Shown here in pieces: positions 1 to 9,570 of a stretch of 64,000 bases of DNA. Source of the DNA: a virus; the IMG/VR virus record IMGVR_UViG_3300014208_000032, positions 1-64,000 of that record. One strand, 5' to 3'. The stretch's first letter is position 1. Every line of letters starts with the position of its first letter. The notes under the pieces are model-generated. The model was not told the DNA's origin. It made no database searches and saw nothing but the letters and a program-made list of their open reading frames with translations. The translations under genes and the position numbers were made by a program.

Positions 1-14
1 CGGCAGTCATCATA

Positions 15-902
15 TTATATGATGACATCTCTTTTGTTATTTAGATAATATCTTATATCTATATATTTACCATTTGGATTATTATAAAGAACTTCTACAA
101 CATCTGCTGATAAATAATTTTGAAAAATCATGCATTCATCAATCGTAAAAGTAGAATTTGCTGCTCCACCAATTATTATTGGTGTTGATGGTAAACTAAC
201 TTCTGACACAGAAATATCATTTAATCTTTCCGTTTTTATGTTATTTATAAAAACAGTACTTTTGTTTGTGTTTGGATTAACAGTTAATACGACATGGTTC
301 CAAACCCCAACCCCTGTTGTTAATGAGTTTAATATTTCTGTTGTAAAAATAGAACTTGTGGAGTTTTTTGTTGTAAACCCAAATTTATTATTTAAAGTGT
401 TGTAATAAATCTTAAACCCAAAAGTACTCCATTTGTTAATTATATTCATTTCACCATTAGGAACACCATTAGGAACATTTATCCAAAAAGAAATTCCATA
501 AGATGATTTTGTAAAATCCGGAAATGATGCTGCACTTGTAATAAAATCACTTGCCCCTACCAATTCAACACCATAATCAGAATTTACCCCTATGGTAAAA
601 AAAGGAGTTCCGCTATAAGTTATAGGATTATTTTTCCCAGATTCATCAATTGCTGTTTCAGATTGAAAACTCCAGTGAGCTAATAATCCACTTTTAAATT
701 TTATTTCATTAGAAATTTTTACAAAATCTCCTTCAGTGGAAATAATATTAAGCAATTTTTCTGCATAATTACCAGATCGCAAATAACCCAAATCACGAAC
801 TCTTTCTAGGGTAGTATTACCTTCAATAATAGTATCACTTTTATTAAAAATTTCTTGGTAAATTTCTTGTAAATAATGTTTATCGTATAATGAATATGCC
901 AT
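15..902 (-). CDS. LamG/concanavalin A-like domain virion protein
   Basis: LamG motifs 'GLLAHWSF', 'YGISFWIN', 'WNHVVLT', 'FTIDECMIF'; lies downstream of tail sheath. Confidence 0.75.
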   Translation of the reverse strand: MAYSLYDKHYLQEIYQEIFNKSDTIIEGNTTLERVRDLGYLRSGNYAEKLLNIISTEGDFVKISNEIKFKSGLLAHWSFQSETAIDESGKNNPITYSGTPFFTIGVNSDYGVELVGASDFITSAASFPDFTKSSYGISFWINVPNGVPNGEMNIINKWSTFGFKIYYNTLNNKFGFTTKNSTSSIFTTEILNSLTTGVGVWNHVVLTVNPNTNKSTVFINNIKTERLNDISVSEVSLPSTPIIIGGAANSTFTIDECMIFQNYLSADVVEVLYNNPNGKYIDIRYYLNNKRDVII

Positions 903-905
903 ATT

Positions 906-913
906 ATTAACTT
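906..913 (-). promoter_or_regulatory. Putative late promoter AAGTTAAT (leaderless, 3 nt before ATG)
   Basis: Recurrent AAGWTAAT motif upstream of late genes; no RBS. Confidence 0.6.
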
Positions 914-916
914 AAC

Positions 917-944
917 AAAAATACCCCCATTTCTGGGGGTATTT
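917..944 (-). terminator. Rho-independent terminator after tail sheath
   Basis: AAATACCCCCA-tttc-TGGGGGTATTT hairpin with T-tract on minus strand. Confidence 0.8.
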
Positions 945-959
945 ATTAATACTAAAAAA

Positions 960-2897
960 TTATTCAGTAAAAGTAGTTCCAGCAGGATCAACAAACATAG
1001 AAATTTCAATCTCTTCAATTGTGTTCATTGGAACAATTCTTACAATACCCTTCATTAAATTCTGCTGAACAACATCAGGAGTGTTTACAGAAGCATCAAT
1101 AATAACCTGATATCTGTCAATTCCACCAGACAAACGAATTGGTTCAAGAATTCCATCAATGCTTGCTTTGGCTTTTGCCCAAATAGATGGGGAGTTTGGT
1201 TCAAAAAGAAGTTCATCCATTTTTACTTTAACTCTCTTCTTGATCTCATTAAGAGTCATTCTCACGTTAATTCTATTAAGGGCAGAAGTTTCTCTTTGTA
1301 GAGTTTTCTGACCATAAATCGTAATACCTTTGGAATTAAAATTCACGATTGGATTAACTGCATTTGTTTCACCATAAAGAGCATCTCTTTCAGATTTATC
1401 TGGAGAGTAACGAATACCAGCAACTGACAATTTACCTCTCTTGTCACCAGCAGGGGCAAACCACATACCATAATCCTGGGCATTTTTTACTAACTTCTCT
1501 GCCAAGAAAATAGAGGATGGGAAATAAGCATAATTGGCTGCAACGGTGTCATAATCTTTTTCCCAAGGCCAGTACATAGCTCCATAAGAAGTATTAAAGG
1601 CCGCAGTCCTTCCGTTAACAGCTCCATAACCATTATGATAATTTACAACACTTGTTACTGTTATGGCATCAACAGCTTCTGGAGTATCTACCAAGAAAAT
1701 TGCCTCTCCACGAGTTGCGCAAAGAACAAGACATCTGTCTTTAACAGTTTCTAACATAGAAGCTTCTGGAGCAATAAGAATATGAAAATCAGAACTTTCA
1801 ACATTTGCAAAAACACCAGCATCCAAAGCGGCGATATGATAAGTTTGTGCATCATTTACGTTTGCAGGTAGTCCATCAGTTGCAGTTCCAACAAGAAACG
1901 TATATTCTTGTGTGGCAGGAACCGTTCCAACACCCCAAGCAAATTCTGTCGTATAACCAGTTACTATTGAGTTGTTAAACGTCTCGGTAATCAAAGTTCC
2001 CACAGAAATTAATGCAGATCCACCATTATCAGTTACTCTGTTAATTACGGTTGAAAAATAATTCAAGTCCGTTGATACAAAAGAAACATCTCTAAAAATT
2101 TCTTTTACTTCGCCAAAATAACTCACGTAAATATTGTGAACATAAGTTCCATCAAACTGAACAACAGATTCTTTAAGAAGTTTTAAATTAGCAGCATAAG
2201 TTCCACCCTCTTTTGCAAAGAAGGTAATTTTTTGTTCAGCTCCAACAGCATTAACCCCATCGGTTTTTGTTGCTACGTTAACAACTGCTAGTGTAGTTCC
2301 AGTATCAACAAATGTAAACGCAGGAACATAAAGCCCGGCAAGTGTTTTTGTCATCACAAAACCAGAACCAGTAATTGCAGCAGGGACAGTCCAAGTAGCT
2401 CCCAACCCAGTTGAAACGTTTGCTATGGCTACACGAACTTTTTCAGCAACAACAGCAGTAGTATCAAGAGCCGCAACTGTAACAGCAATACCAGCAACAG
2501 TAATAATTCCGGCGTTTGTTGCAGCAGTGGTTACAGTGATCGTTTGTGTGGCCGCAACTGCGGGAATAAAGAAAGCATTGTTTGCAGCTGCTGTAAAATC
2601 AACAACCAACGAACCAAGATTTGTTTTGGTTTCAGATGTTGTCTTGTCACCAACACGAACAAAATAAAGTTTATTAGTTACCGCAAGTAACTTTTTAACA
2701 GCAAAATAAGTATTAGTAAAACTAGTTGGAGCTTTACCAAAAATATCTTCAAATTCTTTCAAACTTCTGATTAGAATTTCTTCATTAAATACACCTTTTG
2801 TGGCATAACCCATAATAGCAACGCCAACTCCAGTGTCATAAACGGTATACGCACTTCTATCTTGTTCAATAATTCTTGTAGTAGGGCTTCCTGTCAT
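960..2897 (-). CDS. Tail sheath protein (T4 gp18-like)
   Basis: 'WFAPAGDKRG', 'ERDALY..NAVNPI', 'IYGQKTLQ..SALNRINVR', 'LFEPN' are sheath C-terminal signatures. Confidence 0.95.
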   Translation of the reverse strand: MTGSPTTRIIEQDRSAYTVYDTGVGVAIMGYATKGVFNEEILIRSLKEFEDIFGKAPTSFTNTYFAVKKLLAVTNKLYFVRVGDKTTSETKTNLGSLVVDFTAAANNAFFIPAVAATQTITVTTAATNAGIITVAGIAVTVAALDTTAVVAEKVRVAIANVSTGLGATWTVPAAITGSGFVMTKTLAGLYVPAFTFVDTGTTLAVVNVATKTDGVNAVGAEQKITFFAKEGGTYAANLKLLKESVVQFDGTYVHNIYVSYFGEVKEIFRDVSFVSTDLNYFSTVINRVTDNGGSALISVGTLITETFNNSIVTGYTTEFAWGVGTVPATQEYTFLVGTATDGLPANVNDAQTYHIAALDAGVFANVESSDFHILIAPEASMLETVKDRCLVLCATRGEAIFLVDTPEAVDAITVTSVVNYHNGYGAVNGRTAAFNTSYGAMYWPWEKDYDTVAANYAYFPSSIFLAEKLVKNAQDYGMWFAPAGDKRGKLSVAGIRYSPDKSERDALYGETNAVNPIVNFNSKGITIYGQKTLQRETSALNRINVRMTLNEIKKRVKVKMDELLFEPNSPSIWAKAKASIDGILEPIRLSGGIDRYQVIIDASVNTPDVVQQNLMKGIVRIVPMNTIEEIEISMFVDPAGTTFTE

Positions 2898-2930
2898 AAT
2901 TAATCTCCTTTGATTTAATAATATTACACT

Positions 2931-2965
2931 ATTATCTTTTCTTTAATTTAAAAAATGGACTTTTT
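2931..2965 (-). promoter_or_regulatory. Late promoter AAGATAAT plus upstream AAAAAGTCCATTTTT element
   Basis: AAGATAAT at 2931-2938; 15-mer at 2951-2965 identical to 16389-16403 upstream of the MCP gene. Confidence 0.55.
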
Positions 2966-2970
2966 CGTTA

Positions 2971-3585
2971 TCACAAATCATATCCAATAACAACTGTTTC
3001 AATAATTCCAAAATTCTCTATATATTCGAATGGTAAATAAGCACGAGGGATTGTTATATCAAACCCCCACCTTACTGTTCTGTTTTCGGTATCTGCTGGT
3101 TCTAGGTTTGTTTCGTTAACAATGTTTGATATTTCAATTTCACACCACTGTTCATTAACCTTGGTAGCAAACTTTCTGTTTTTAGGGGCAGCAGAAAATA
3201 ATTGATAATTTAAAATATCTGCATCTTGTTGGTTAACAGTAAACATTGTTCCTTTGAATATTAATTTACAAGGAAGAGGGTGACGATATTCTCCCCATTT
3301 TCCATTTTCTCCCTCGCTCATCAAGGTAACATATCCATTAGGAACTTCTCCCTGAGTGTTTATTTCAAATGAAGAATAATTAAATGTAATTGTTGGGTTC
3401 ATAGTGCTTCCGTTATAAAAAGGAACAACTATTTTTGCATAAGCTCGTGTTATTGGTGCAAAAAATATTTGAACATTCTGCTCTTCTGGGAAATAAGATA
3501 GGTGGGCTGTATTCACTAGAAAACTTTTAATAGCAATTGCATAATCCACAAATAGTGGCCATTCTAATTTATTTTTTAAACTCAT
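2971..3585 (-). CDS. Tail terminator / sheath stabilizer (T4 gp15-like)
   Basis: Position between neck and sheath genes; 'PTITF', 'PLP.KL.F', 'R.VRW.F.IT' pattern. Confidence 0.55.
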   Translation of the reverse strand: MSLKNKLEWPLFVDYAIAIKSFLVNTAHLSYFPEEQNVQIFFAPITRAYAKIVVPFYNGSTMNPTITFNYSSFEINTQGEVPNGYVTLMSEGENGKWGEYRHPLPCKLIFKGTMFTVNQQDADILNYQLFSAAPKNRKFATKVNEQWCEIEISNIVNETNLEPADTENRTVRWGFDITIPRAYLPFEYIENFGIIETVVIGYDL

Positions 3586-3842
3586 ACTTTACCTATTCCA
3601 TCCGTTATAATTATTTCACCTTTTTTGTTTTTAACTCCACCACCCTGAAAAACAACACCAATTATATCTTGATTCCCAATAACCAAATCTTCTTTCGGAA
3701 CAACCAAAACCCCATCTGGATGTTTAACAAGAGTTGCTATATTAGATACAGCATCAGCATTTTCTAATATGCTGTTTTGTGCCTCTTCTGCTCTTCTTTT
3801 TATTAGGTCAGTTAAAATTTTACTATATAGTTGTGGAAACAT
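3582..3842 (-). CDS. Hypothetical protein (probable start MFPQLY at 3842)
   Basis: TAATG stop/start coupling with the upstream gene. Confidence 0.55.
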   Translation of the reverse strand: MFPQLYSKILTDLIKRRAEEAQNSILENADAVSNIATLVKHPDGVLVVPKEDLVIGNQDIIGVVFQGGGVKNKKGEIIITDGIGKV

Positions 3843-4639
3843 TATCCCTCCAAATACATATTGCCACGCAATTTGTATTCTCTTGATTTGGCTCTTTCTG
3901 TCCACTGTTGTGGCAACCCAAGAACTTCAACATCAGCTCTTTGGGCAACTATATTAAACGTAGAATATTCCCAACCTATATTTCCAGAAGGGCGAACATC
4001 CATCACTTCATAAAAAATATATTTATTAGACATTACAACATCGCCATTTTCTATGCTGTCTGTTATATTAGAATAAACAGAATCTCTTATTTCAAGATTG
4101 AAAACTGTTTGCAAAATATTTTTCTCTTCAAAATCTGGAATGTTTCGACTTAAATCATTCTCTCCCGTCAGAATAGAAATCCATCCAGAAAAAGTTGCAA
4201 TTTTATCTCTAACTTTTACTAGAGTGTTGTTTGTAGCAATATCAACTATTTGGGTAGTGCCTCCGACAACCAATAAAATTTGACCATTCAGTTTACTTAT
4301 TTTAGGAATGCCAGAACCATTATATTCAACTGAAAGTATTGCTTTATTCTTATTTCTTAAGTCAGAATGAATAGATACCATTCTTTGAACATTTACTTGA
4401 AACGTAAATTCTTTATCTTCAACTGTCCTATATGGTTCGAGGTTTAAAACATTTCTAAATGAATTATCTAAATGAACTACTTTCATTTTAAAAGGAGGCA
4501 AATAAACACGAGATTTTCTTTCTTCGCCATAAATTGGATGAATTTTTGTTTCTTTTTTGTCCAACTTAAAAACCAAGAGTTCTGGTCCATAAGCTTCAAT
4601 ATAAGAGTCGTTTAAATAACTAACCCAATCAGACAACAT
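3842..4639 (-). CDS. Neck protein (T4 gp14-like)
   Basis: 'IEAYG', 'HPIYGE', 'NGDVV...FYEV' pattern; adjacent to gp13-like gene. Confidence 0.55.
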   Translation of the reverse strand: MLSDWVSYLNDSYIEAYGPELLVFKLDKKETKIHPIYGEERKSRVYLPPFKMKVVHLDNSFRNVLNLEPYRTVEDKEFTFQVNVQRMVSIHSDLRNKNKAILSVEYNGSGIPKISKLNGQILLVVGGTTQIVDIATNNTLVKVRDKIATFSGWISILTGENDLSRNIPDFEEKNILQTVFNLEIRDSVYSNITDSIENGDVVMSNKYIFYEVMDVRPSGNIGWEYSTFNIVAQRADVEVLGLPQQWTERAKSREYKLRGNMYLEG

Positions 4640-5258
4640 TTTCTTTTTCTTCCTCTTTATACCCTAATGCTAAATCTTTGGCATATTTTTTAATGGCAAT
4701 TTGAACAGTTTGTGCAGCAGCTTTTGCTTCTTGGATTCCTAATGTTCCTTTAATAAACTTATATGACTCGTTTCCAGTTGGACCATAGTGAATTGGTGGT
4801 TCTTCAAAAACTTCACTTGCTTTGGCAATAAATGATTTTTTAAACCCCTCGTCATTTCGAACTTTTCTATCAATTTTTTTCAGTTCTTCAAGAGTTTTTT
4901 GTTCGTTTTTTTCTTCAATGGCATTAAACAAATCTTCATAAATTGTTTCAAATTTGCTTAAAGTGGAATCCATTTGTCTTTTTTGAATTCTATATAACTC
5001 ATCATTTTTTACATTGTTTTTTATTTCATTAACAATTTCTTGACTTTCTTTTGGTTTAATGTTCATCATTTTTTCAATACTATTTTTAAAATTTTCAACA
5101 GAATAACCAAGACCTTTGAAAATTAAAGACGCACCCAAAGCAGCGATAGCTCCCAAAGCGCCAACTCCAAGAATTTGCCCAATAAAAGCAGCAGCAACAG
5201 TTAAAACCTCTTCGTTCATTTCTTCTTTTTCTTCTAAGTATTTTTTAAAACTTTTCAT
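4629..5258 (-). CDS. Putative head-internal/ejected protein with MKSFKKYLEE tag and a hydrophobic Gly/Ala segment
   Basis: N-terminus resembles T4 internal protein targeting sequence; RBS GGAG. Confidence 0.5.
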   Translation of the reverse strand: MKSFKKYLEEKEEMNEEVLTVAAAFIGQILGVGALGAIAALGASLIFKGLGYSVENFKNSIEKMMNIKPKESQEIVNEIKNNVKNDELYRIQKRQMDSTLSKFETIYEDLFNAIEEKNEQKTLEELKKIDRKVRNDEGFKKSFIAKASEVFEEPPIHYGPTGNESYKFIKGTLGIQEAKAAAQTVQIAIKKYAKDLALGYKEEEKENVV

Positions 5259-5278
5259 TATTAACTCCTATGTTATCT

Positions 5279-7741
5279 TTAACCGAAAATAAACTCATAA
5301 ATTTCCGTACTTCTTTTCATTTCTTCAACAACAACAGACAATTCTTGTGCCCCTTCTGATTTAAGGGATTCACCATTTAATTGCAACATTCCTTCACCAC
5401 CAGGAATTGTCCCACCAAACGTAGAACGAATTGTTCCTAAAACGATCTTTGCGTTGGCCACCATCATTCTTCTTATAAAATCGGAATTAAAAATCTCATC
5501 AACTGCCATTGGTGATTTAAATCTAATAGCAACACTAAACGTTGCCAATGGTTTTGGATGAACAAATATTTTTCTGTTCATATAAGAAACTTTTGGTTGA
5601 TGATTCATTAAAATATTTAAGTCATTATTTGCTTGAATTGTTAAATAATAATCCGTAGCTCCTTCCATAACACCCTTTCTGTTAAAAAAGGATTGGACAT
5701 ACATATTACCAATTAAATCGTCTCGCCCAGCATAATAACTCCAAGGAAGTTGGGGTCTAACAACAACTTCAATAATATTTTCCTCTCCACCAACAATAGC
5801 AGGAATTGCATATCCATCTGCTGGGGTTCCAAGCAAATTAGCATATATCATATCAACTTTAAAATTTCTCCAACGCTTATAAACAGCCATCGAATCAAAC
5901 AAACAATCATTCAACTGATCTTCTGTTAATTCAACAGGCATTATTGGCGCACCCAACTTCCTTCTCACATAATCAAACAAAGGGGTAAAATTTAATACAC
6001 TATTAGTGATTTCGTTTGCGCCAATATCAGAATTGGCATACCCCCAAACGAGAGGAACGGCATCTGAATTTACTCCCTCATAAACATCTAATATTGCACT
6101 TTCACCAGTAGATATTGTTTTTAATACAATCCTATTGTATGGATCAAGAACAGCAATAGCTAAATCTGAAATATTGGCGTTGTTAATAGCACTAACCACT
6201 TCTTGCGCAGTAACTTGTGTAATATCAACAACCGCTGTTGTTAAATCTATTGTTCTTATTCCATCTTTTGTTTTTATTGTAATTTCTTTATTATTTGTCA
6301 AATTGATAGTGCCATTAATTTCTATTGTCCCAATCAACTGGGCTGGTTCAGCACTTCCTAACTTTCTAGCTATATTAAGGTTGTCAATAAAAACACCTTG
6401 ACTGCCGTCTGAATCAAAATATACTCTGAACAACAAATCTGTATTTTCATTGAGTGGTAGCGACACAAAATTTAAATCTAGTATATCGGGATCATTAGCT
6501 TGAACAAAAGAACTGTCTGAATTTCTCCATACACCACCAACATAATACTGCCAAGCATTATTATTTTTTACAACAAACTTTAAACCAACTGGTGATCCAA
6601 CAATATTTAAATCTTGAACCTCATTTTGTTTGAAACCACTTCCAAAATTAAACTCAATGTATGGCTTAATTGATACACTTGAAAAATATTTTGTTATTGG
6701 TGTAGTTCTTGGGGTATAATTTATAAAACTATAAACATTATCATAAACCACAATTTCTGAAATGTAATATACATCAGCCACTGATGCATTAAACTGTAAT
6801 CTTGCATCCCAAACTGTTAATTTATCCCAAATGTCCAAAAGAATAATTTTCTTTATTTGCCCATCTAAAAAGAAATAAATAACATTTCCATCCCAAGAGA
6901 TGTTAAATTCATTCCAAATTGTTGAGTGATTATTCCAACCAGTAATTATTTGATCTGCTATTAATATTTGATTTTTATCATAAATTCTCAAAACAACATT
7001 TGAGGTTGTTGTTTTGTGAATAATTTGAATTCTATCAATGTTATTTGTTCCATTATAAAACTCTGCTAATATTACATCAGCAGATGGGGGGGATAACATA
7101 TAAGAGGTTCCAACACCCTCCATGAATGTAATAAAAGATGGCTGACCAACAACGTCAACTATTTCTACAGAATAACCATTTGATAAACTTTTTATCCCTA
7201 TTTTCCCTGTCGCTGCCTCAAACTTTGATTCATGAACAGCTCCAATATTTGAGGCAATCAAAGAATTTATTTTAGAAAGAATATGAGCAATGGTAGAATC
7301 AAGTGTTGTTAATGTTATTTCATAAACCCCATCAGAAACACCACCCACCAAAACTTCGAATTGGTATGTAGAATTAACCGCTATCGTAAAAGGTGTAATC
7401 TTGTTAAAGAGTTGATATCCTGCCGCATTGTTGTTCTTGGGGCGTATGCGAAACGATAAAGAACCACTTCCAGTTAATCCAATGAAATTATTTTTATTGT
7501 AAGCGATTGAATCTGATAGTTCCAAACATTTACCAAAACCAAATGGATTAAAGTTTTGCAAAGTAGACATTGAAGTTAATAACTGTGCCCCAGTATCAAT
7601 AGAATAGTTAGCTGTTGTATTACTTTCAAAGTTTGTTAATAACAAAAGATTATCAACCCATTCTCTCAAAGATATTTTATTGTCTTGTTTAATAAACAGA
7701 GATTCGTTGCTGTAAGTTATCGTCGTAAAATTTTCTTCCAT
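5279..7741 (-). CDS. Neck protein (T4 gp13-like C-terminus) with N-terminal LamG-like extension
   Basis: 'YVRRKLGAPIMPVELTEDQL.DC' and 'GGTIPGG..MLQLNGESLKSEG' are gp13-like signatures. Confidence 0.8.
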   Translation of the reverse strand: MEENFTTITYSNESLFIKQDNKISLREWVDNLLLLTNFESNTTANYSIDTGAQLLTSMSTLQNFNPFGFGKCLELSDSIAYNKNNFIGLTGSGSLSFRIRPKNNNAAGYQLFNKITPFTIAVNSTYQFEVLVGGVSDGVYEITLTTLDSTIAHILSKINSLIASNIGAVHESKFEAATGKIGIKSLSNGYSVEIVDVVGQPSFITFMEGVGTSYMLSPPSADVILAEFYNGTNNIDRIQIIHKTTTSNVVLRIYDKNQILIADQIITGWNNHSTIWNEFNISWDGNVIYFFLDGQIKKIILLDIWDKLTVWDARLQFNASVADVYYISEIVVYDNVYSFINYTPRTTPITKYFSSVSIKPYIEFNFGSGFKQNEVQDLNIVGSPVGLKFVVKNNNAWQYYVGGVWRNSDSSFVQANDPDILDLNFVSLPLNENTDLLFRVYFDSDGSQGVFIDNLNIARKLGSAEPAQLIGTIEINGTINLTNNKEITIKTKDGIRTIDLTTAVVDITQVTAQEVVSAINNANISDLAIAVLDPYNRIVLKTISTGESAILDVYEGVNSDAVPLVWGYANSDIGANEITNSVLNFTPLFDYVRRKLGAPIMPVELTEDQLNDCLFDSMAVYKRWRNFKVDMIYANLLGTPADGYAIPAIVGGEENIIEVVVRPQLPWSYYAGRDDLIGNMYVQSFFNRKGVMEGATDYYLTIQANNDLNILMNHQPKVSYMNRKIFVHPKPLATFSVAIRFKSPMAVDEIFNSDFIRRMMVANAKIVLGTIRSTFGGTIPGGEGMLQLNGESLKSEGAQELSVVVEEMKRSTEIYEFIFG

Positions 7742-7742
7742 T

Positions 7743-7922
7743 CTATACTCCGTTTAAAATTTCTGTAATTCTAATTTGTTTTTTTCCGCTTGATGTCATA
7801 TATATGATAGTACCAACACAACTAAATTTTTCTTTTGTGAACGATATATCATTATCTGTTCTAAACGTAATTTCAATATCCTTCTTGGAAGGATCGTATT
7901 CAACAACATCACCTATATTCAT
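7743..7922 (-). CDS. Small hypothetical protein (MNIGDVVEYDPS..., ~59 aa, below track cutoff)
   Basis: Open frame directly after late promoter 7926-7933, coupled to the gp13-like gene. Confidence 0.55.
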   Translation of the reverse strand: MNIGDVVEYDPSKKDIEITFRTDNDISFTKEKFSCVGTIIYMTSSGKKQIRITEILNGV

Positions 7923-7951
7923 AATATTAACTTTTCAAAGGAGAAAAAAGA

Positions 7952-8653
7952 ATGAAAGAGAATAAAATATTTGACCCGATAGAAACTTTTAAAAATAAAT
8001 TAATAGTTGTAGAGGGTCCAGATTTTTCTACAAAAACAACTTTTATAAAATTGTTGTCTAATTATCTTAATGATATTGGTATAGAACATATAAAAACATT
8101 TCAACCAGGAGATACTTCTTATGGCGAAGAGGCAAAACTAATTCGCGAATTAACAAAAAGAGAAGATATGAGCGAACAATCAGCACTTTTTCTTTATCTC
8201 TACGATAGGATTCAAAACAATAAAAAAATAATTAGACCTGCACTAAAAGACGGGAAAACTGTTATTTCAGACCGCTGGTGGTATTCTACTATGGCTTATC
8301 AGTGGACTCTCCCTTATATAAAAAATGCTTTTCCTTGGGATGAAATGGTGAGGATGAATAAATTTGCTAGCACTTGGTTGGAACCGGATATTGGATTGTT
8401 TCTTGTTCGTGAAGATATTGATATAAAAAATCAAGAAAGAAAAGAAATTGATAAATACGACAGAGTAGATAAAATAAGAAGAATCGAAATTTCTGGAATA
8501 TATGAAAGATTTTATCTTGAAGGAAAACTAAAAAAAGTTTTTATCGTAGAAAATGACCCAATAGCAACTTTTGAATCATTTTTAAAAATGGAAGAAAGAT
8601 ATTCTGATACAACAAAAATCAGAGAGCCGAGAATTAAAAAAGAATTAAAATAA
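7952..8653 (+). CDS. tmk: Thymidylate kinase
   Basis: P-loop 'IVVEGPDFSTKTT', 'FQPG', 'VISDRWWYSTMAYQ', 'EPDIGLFL'. Confidence 0.92.
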   Translation: MKENKIFDPIETFKNKLIVVEGPDFSTKTTFIKLLSNYLNDIGIEHIKTFQPGDTSYGEEAKLIRELTKREDMSEQSALFLYLYDRIQNNKKIIRPALKDGKTVISDRWWYSTMAYQWTLPYIKNAFPWDEMVRMNKFASTWLEPDIGLFLVREDIDIKNQERKEIDKYDRVDKIRRIEISGIYERFYLEGKLKKVFIVENDPIATFESFLKMEERYSDTTKIREPRIKKELK

Positions 8654-8684
8654 CTCATAATTAAATAATAAAAAAGGAAGTAAA

Positions 8685-9521
8685 ATGGAAAAAGAACAAA
8701 TGAAAGTCGTCTGGGGAAATTATATTTTTGATCATGGATATTTTAATATTAGCAATCTTCTTATAGATTCACAAGAAGAATTAGGAATAACAGATGACGA
8801 ACTCTTGTTTATAATTAAAATTCAAAGATTTTCTGGTGGTTGGACAATCTTAGATTCTAAACTTTCCAAATCACTTTGCTCCAAATCCTTACAAAGAAGA
8901 AGAAAGACCTTAAAAGAAAAAGGTCTTCTTGATACTATTGAAAGAAAAGAAAAAGACGAACAAGGTCAAATTAGAACTTATGGAATTATATATAATTTTT
9001 CTGGACTTGATAAAAAACTTAGAGAAATATCTGAGAAAAAATTGGAACTCGATGACCGTAAAAAAATTTGCGCCGACCGGACAGTTTTGTCCAAAAAAAA
9101 GACAGAAGTGTCCGCTCTAAATAAGACAATTTCTATAAGAACTAATACTAGTAAAATTTCAGAAGACCCTAAAAGAGTTGAATTAAATACAGAAATAATT
9201 GCTACTTTTAAAAACCAATATATTAAATTTAAAGAAAATAATGATTTTCAATTGTGGGGGCCAGAAATGAGCTGGCCTCATACTTCTTTTAAACCATCTA
9301 AAAAAGATTTAGAAAATTTAAATAATCTTGATTTAGAGGATTTAGAACTATTAAATAAAAGCAGTAAGCATCTTTCAGATTACATTTATTTTGAGTTAGA
9401 AAGTAAAAGATTTATAGGTTCAGATGGTTATTTTACACCAACATTAAGCTTGTTTAGTAAATCAAAAGTTCAGTTCAATAAATTATACAGATTTTACTTG
9501 GATGCAAATGGTTTACTATAA
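8685..9521 (+). CDS. wHTH replication initiator-like protein (DnaD N-terminal-like)
   Basis: 'GYFNISNLLI..ELGITDDELLFII' and 'LQRRRKTLKEKGLL' wHTH; internal palindromic repeats in a mid-gene linker. Confidence 0.55.
   Translation: MEKEQMKVVWGNYIFDHGYFNISNLLIDSQEELGITDDELLFIIKIQRFSGGWTILDSKLSKSLCSKSLQRRRKTLKEKGLLDTIERKEKDEQGQIRTYGIIYNFSGLDKKLREISEKKLELDDRKKICADRTVLSKKKTEVSALNKTISIRTNTSKISEDPKRVELNTEIIATFKNQYIKFKENNDFQLWGPEMSWPHTSFKPSKKDLENLNNLDLEDLELLNKSSKHLSDYIYFELESKRFIGSDGYFTPTLSLFSKSKVQFNKLYRFYLDANGLL
9073..9151. repeat. Ori-like element, copy 1 (two GACA-N4-TGTC palindromes plus AT-rich tract)
   Basis: CGGACAGTTTTGTC-N9-GACAGAAGTGTCCG-c-TCTAAATAAGACAA; homologous to 45578-45657. Confidence 0.65.
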
Positions 9522-9548
9522 AAAAATACCTCCCCAGAAGGGGAGGTA
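9520..9548 (-). terminator. Terminator after capsid paralog
   Basis: TACCTCCCC-agaa-GGGGAGGTA with T-tract on minus strand. Confidence 0.75.
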
Positions 9549-9570
9549 AAAAACAGTAGTTTTTTAATTT

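Noticed and set aside
3843-3905. Track start of the 3582-3905 ORF
   Set aside because: TAATG coupling at 3842 is a better start; similar corrections made at 34800, 36843, 46815, 55597, 56350 and 62565
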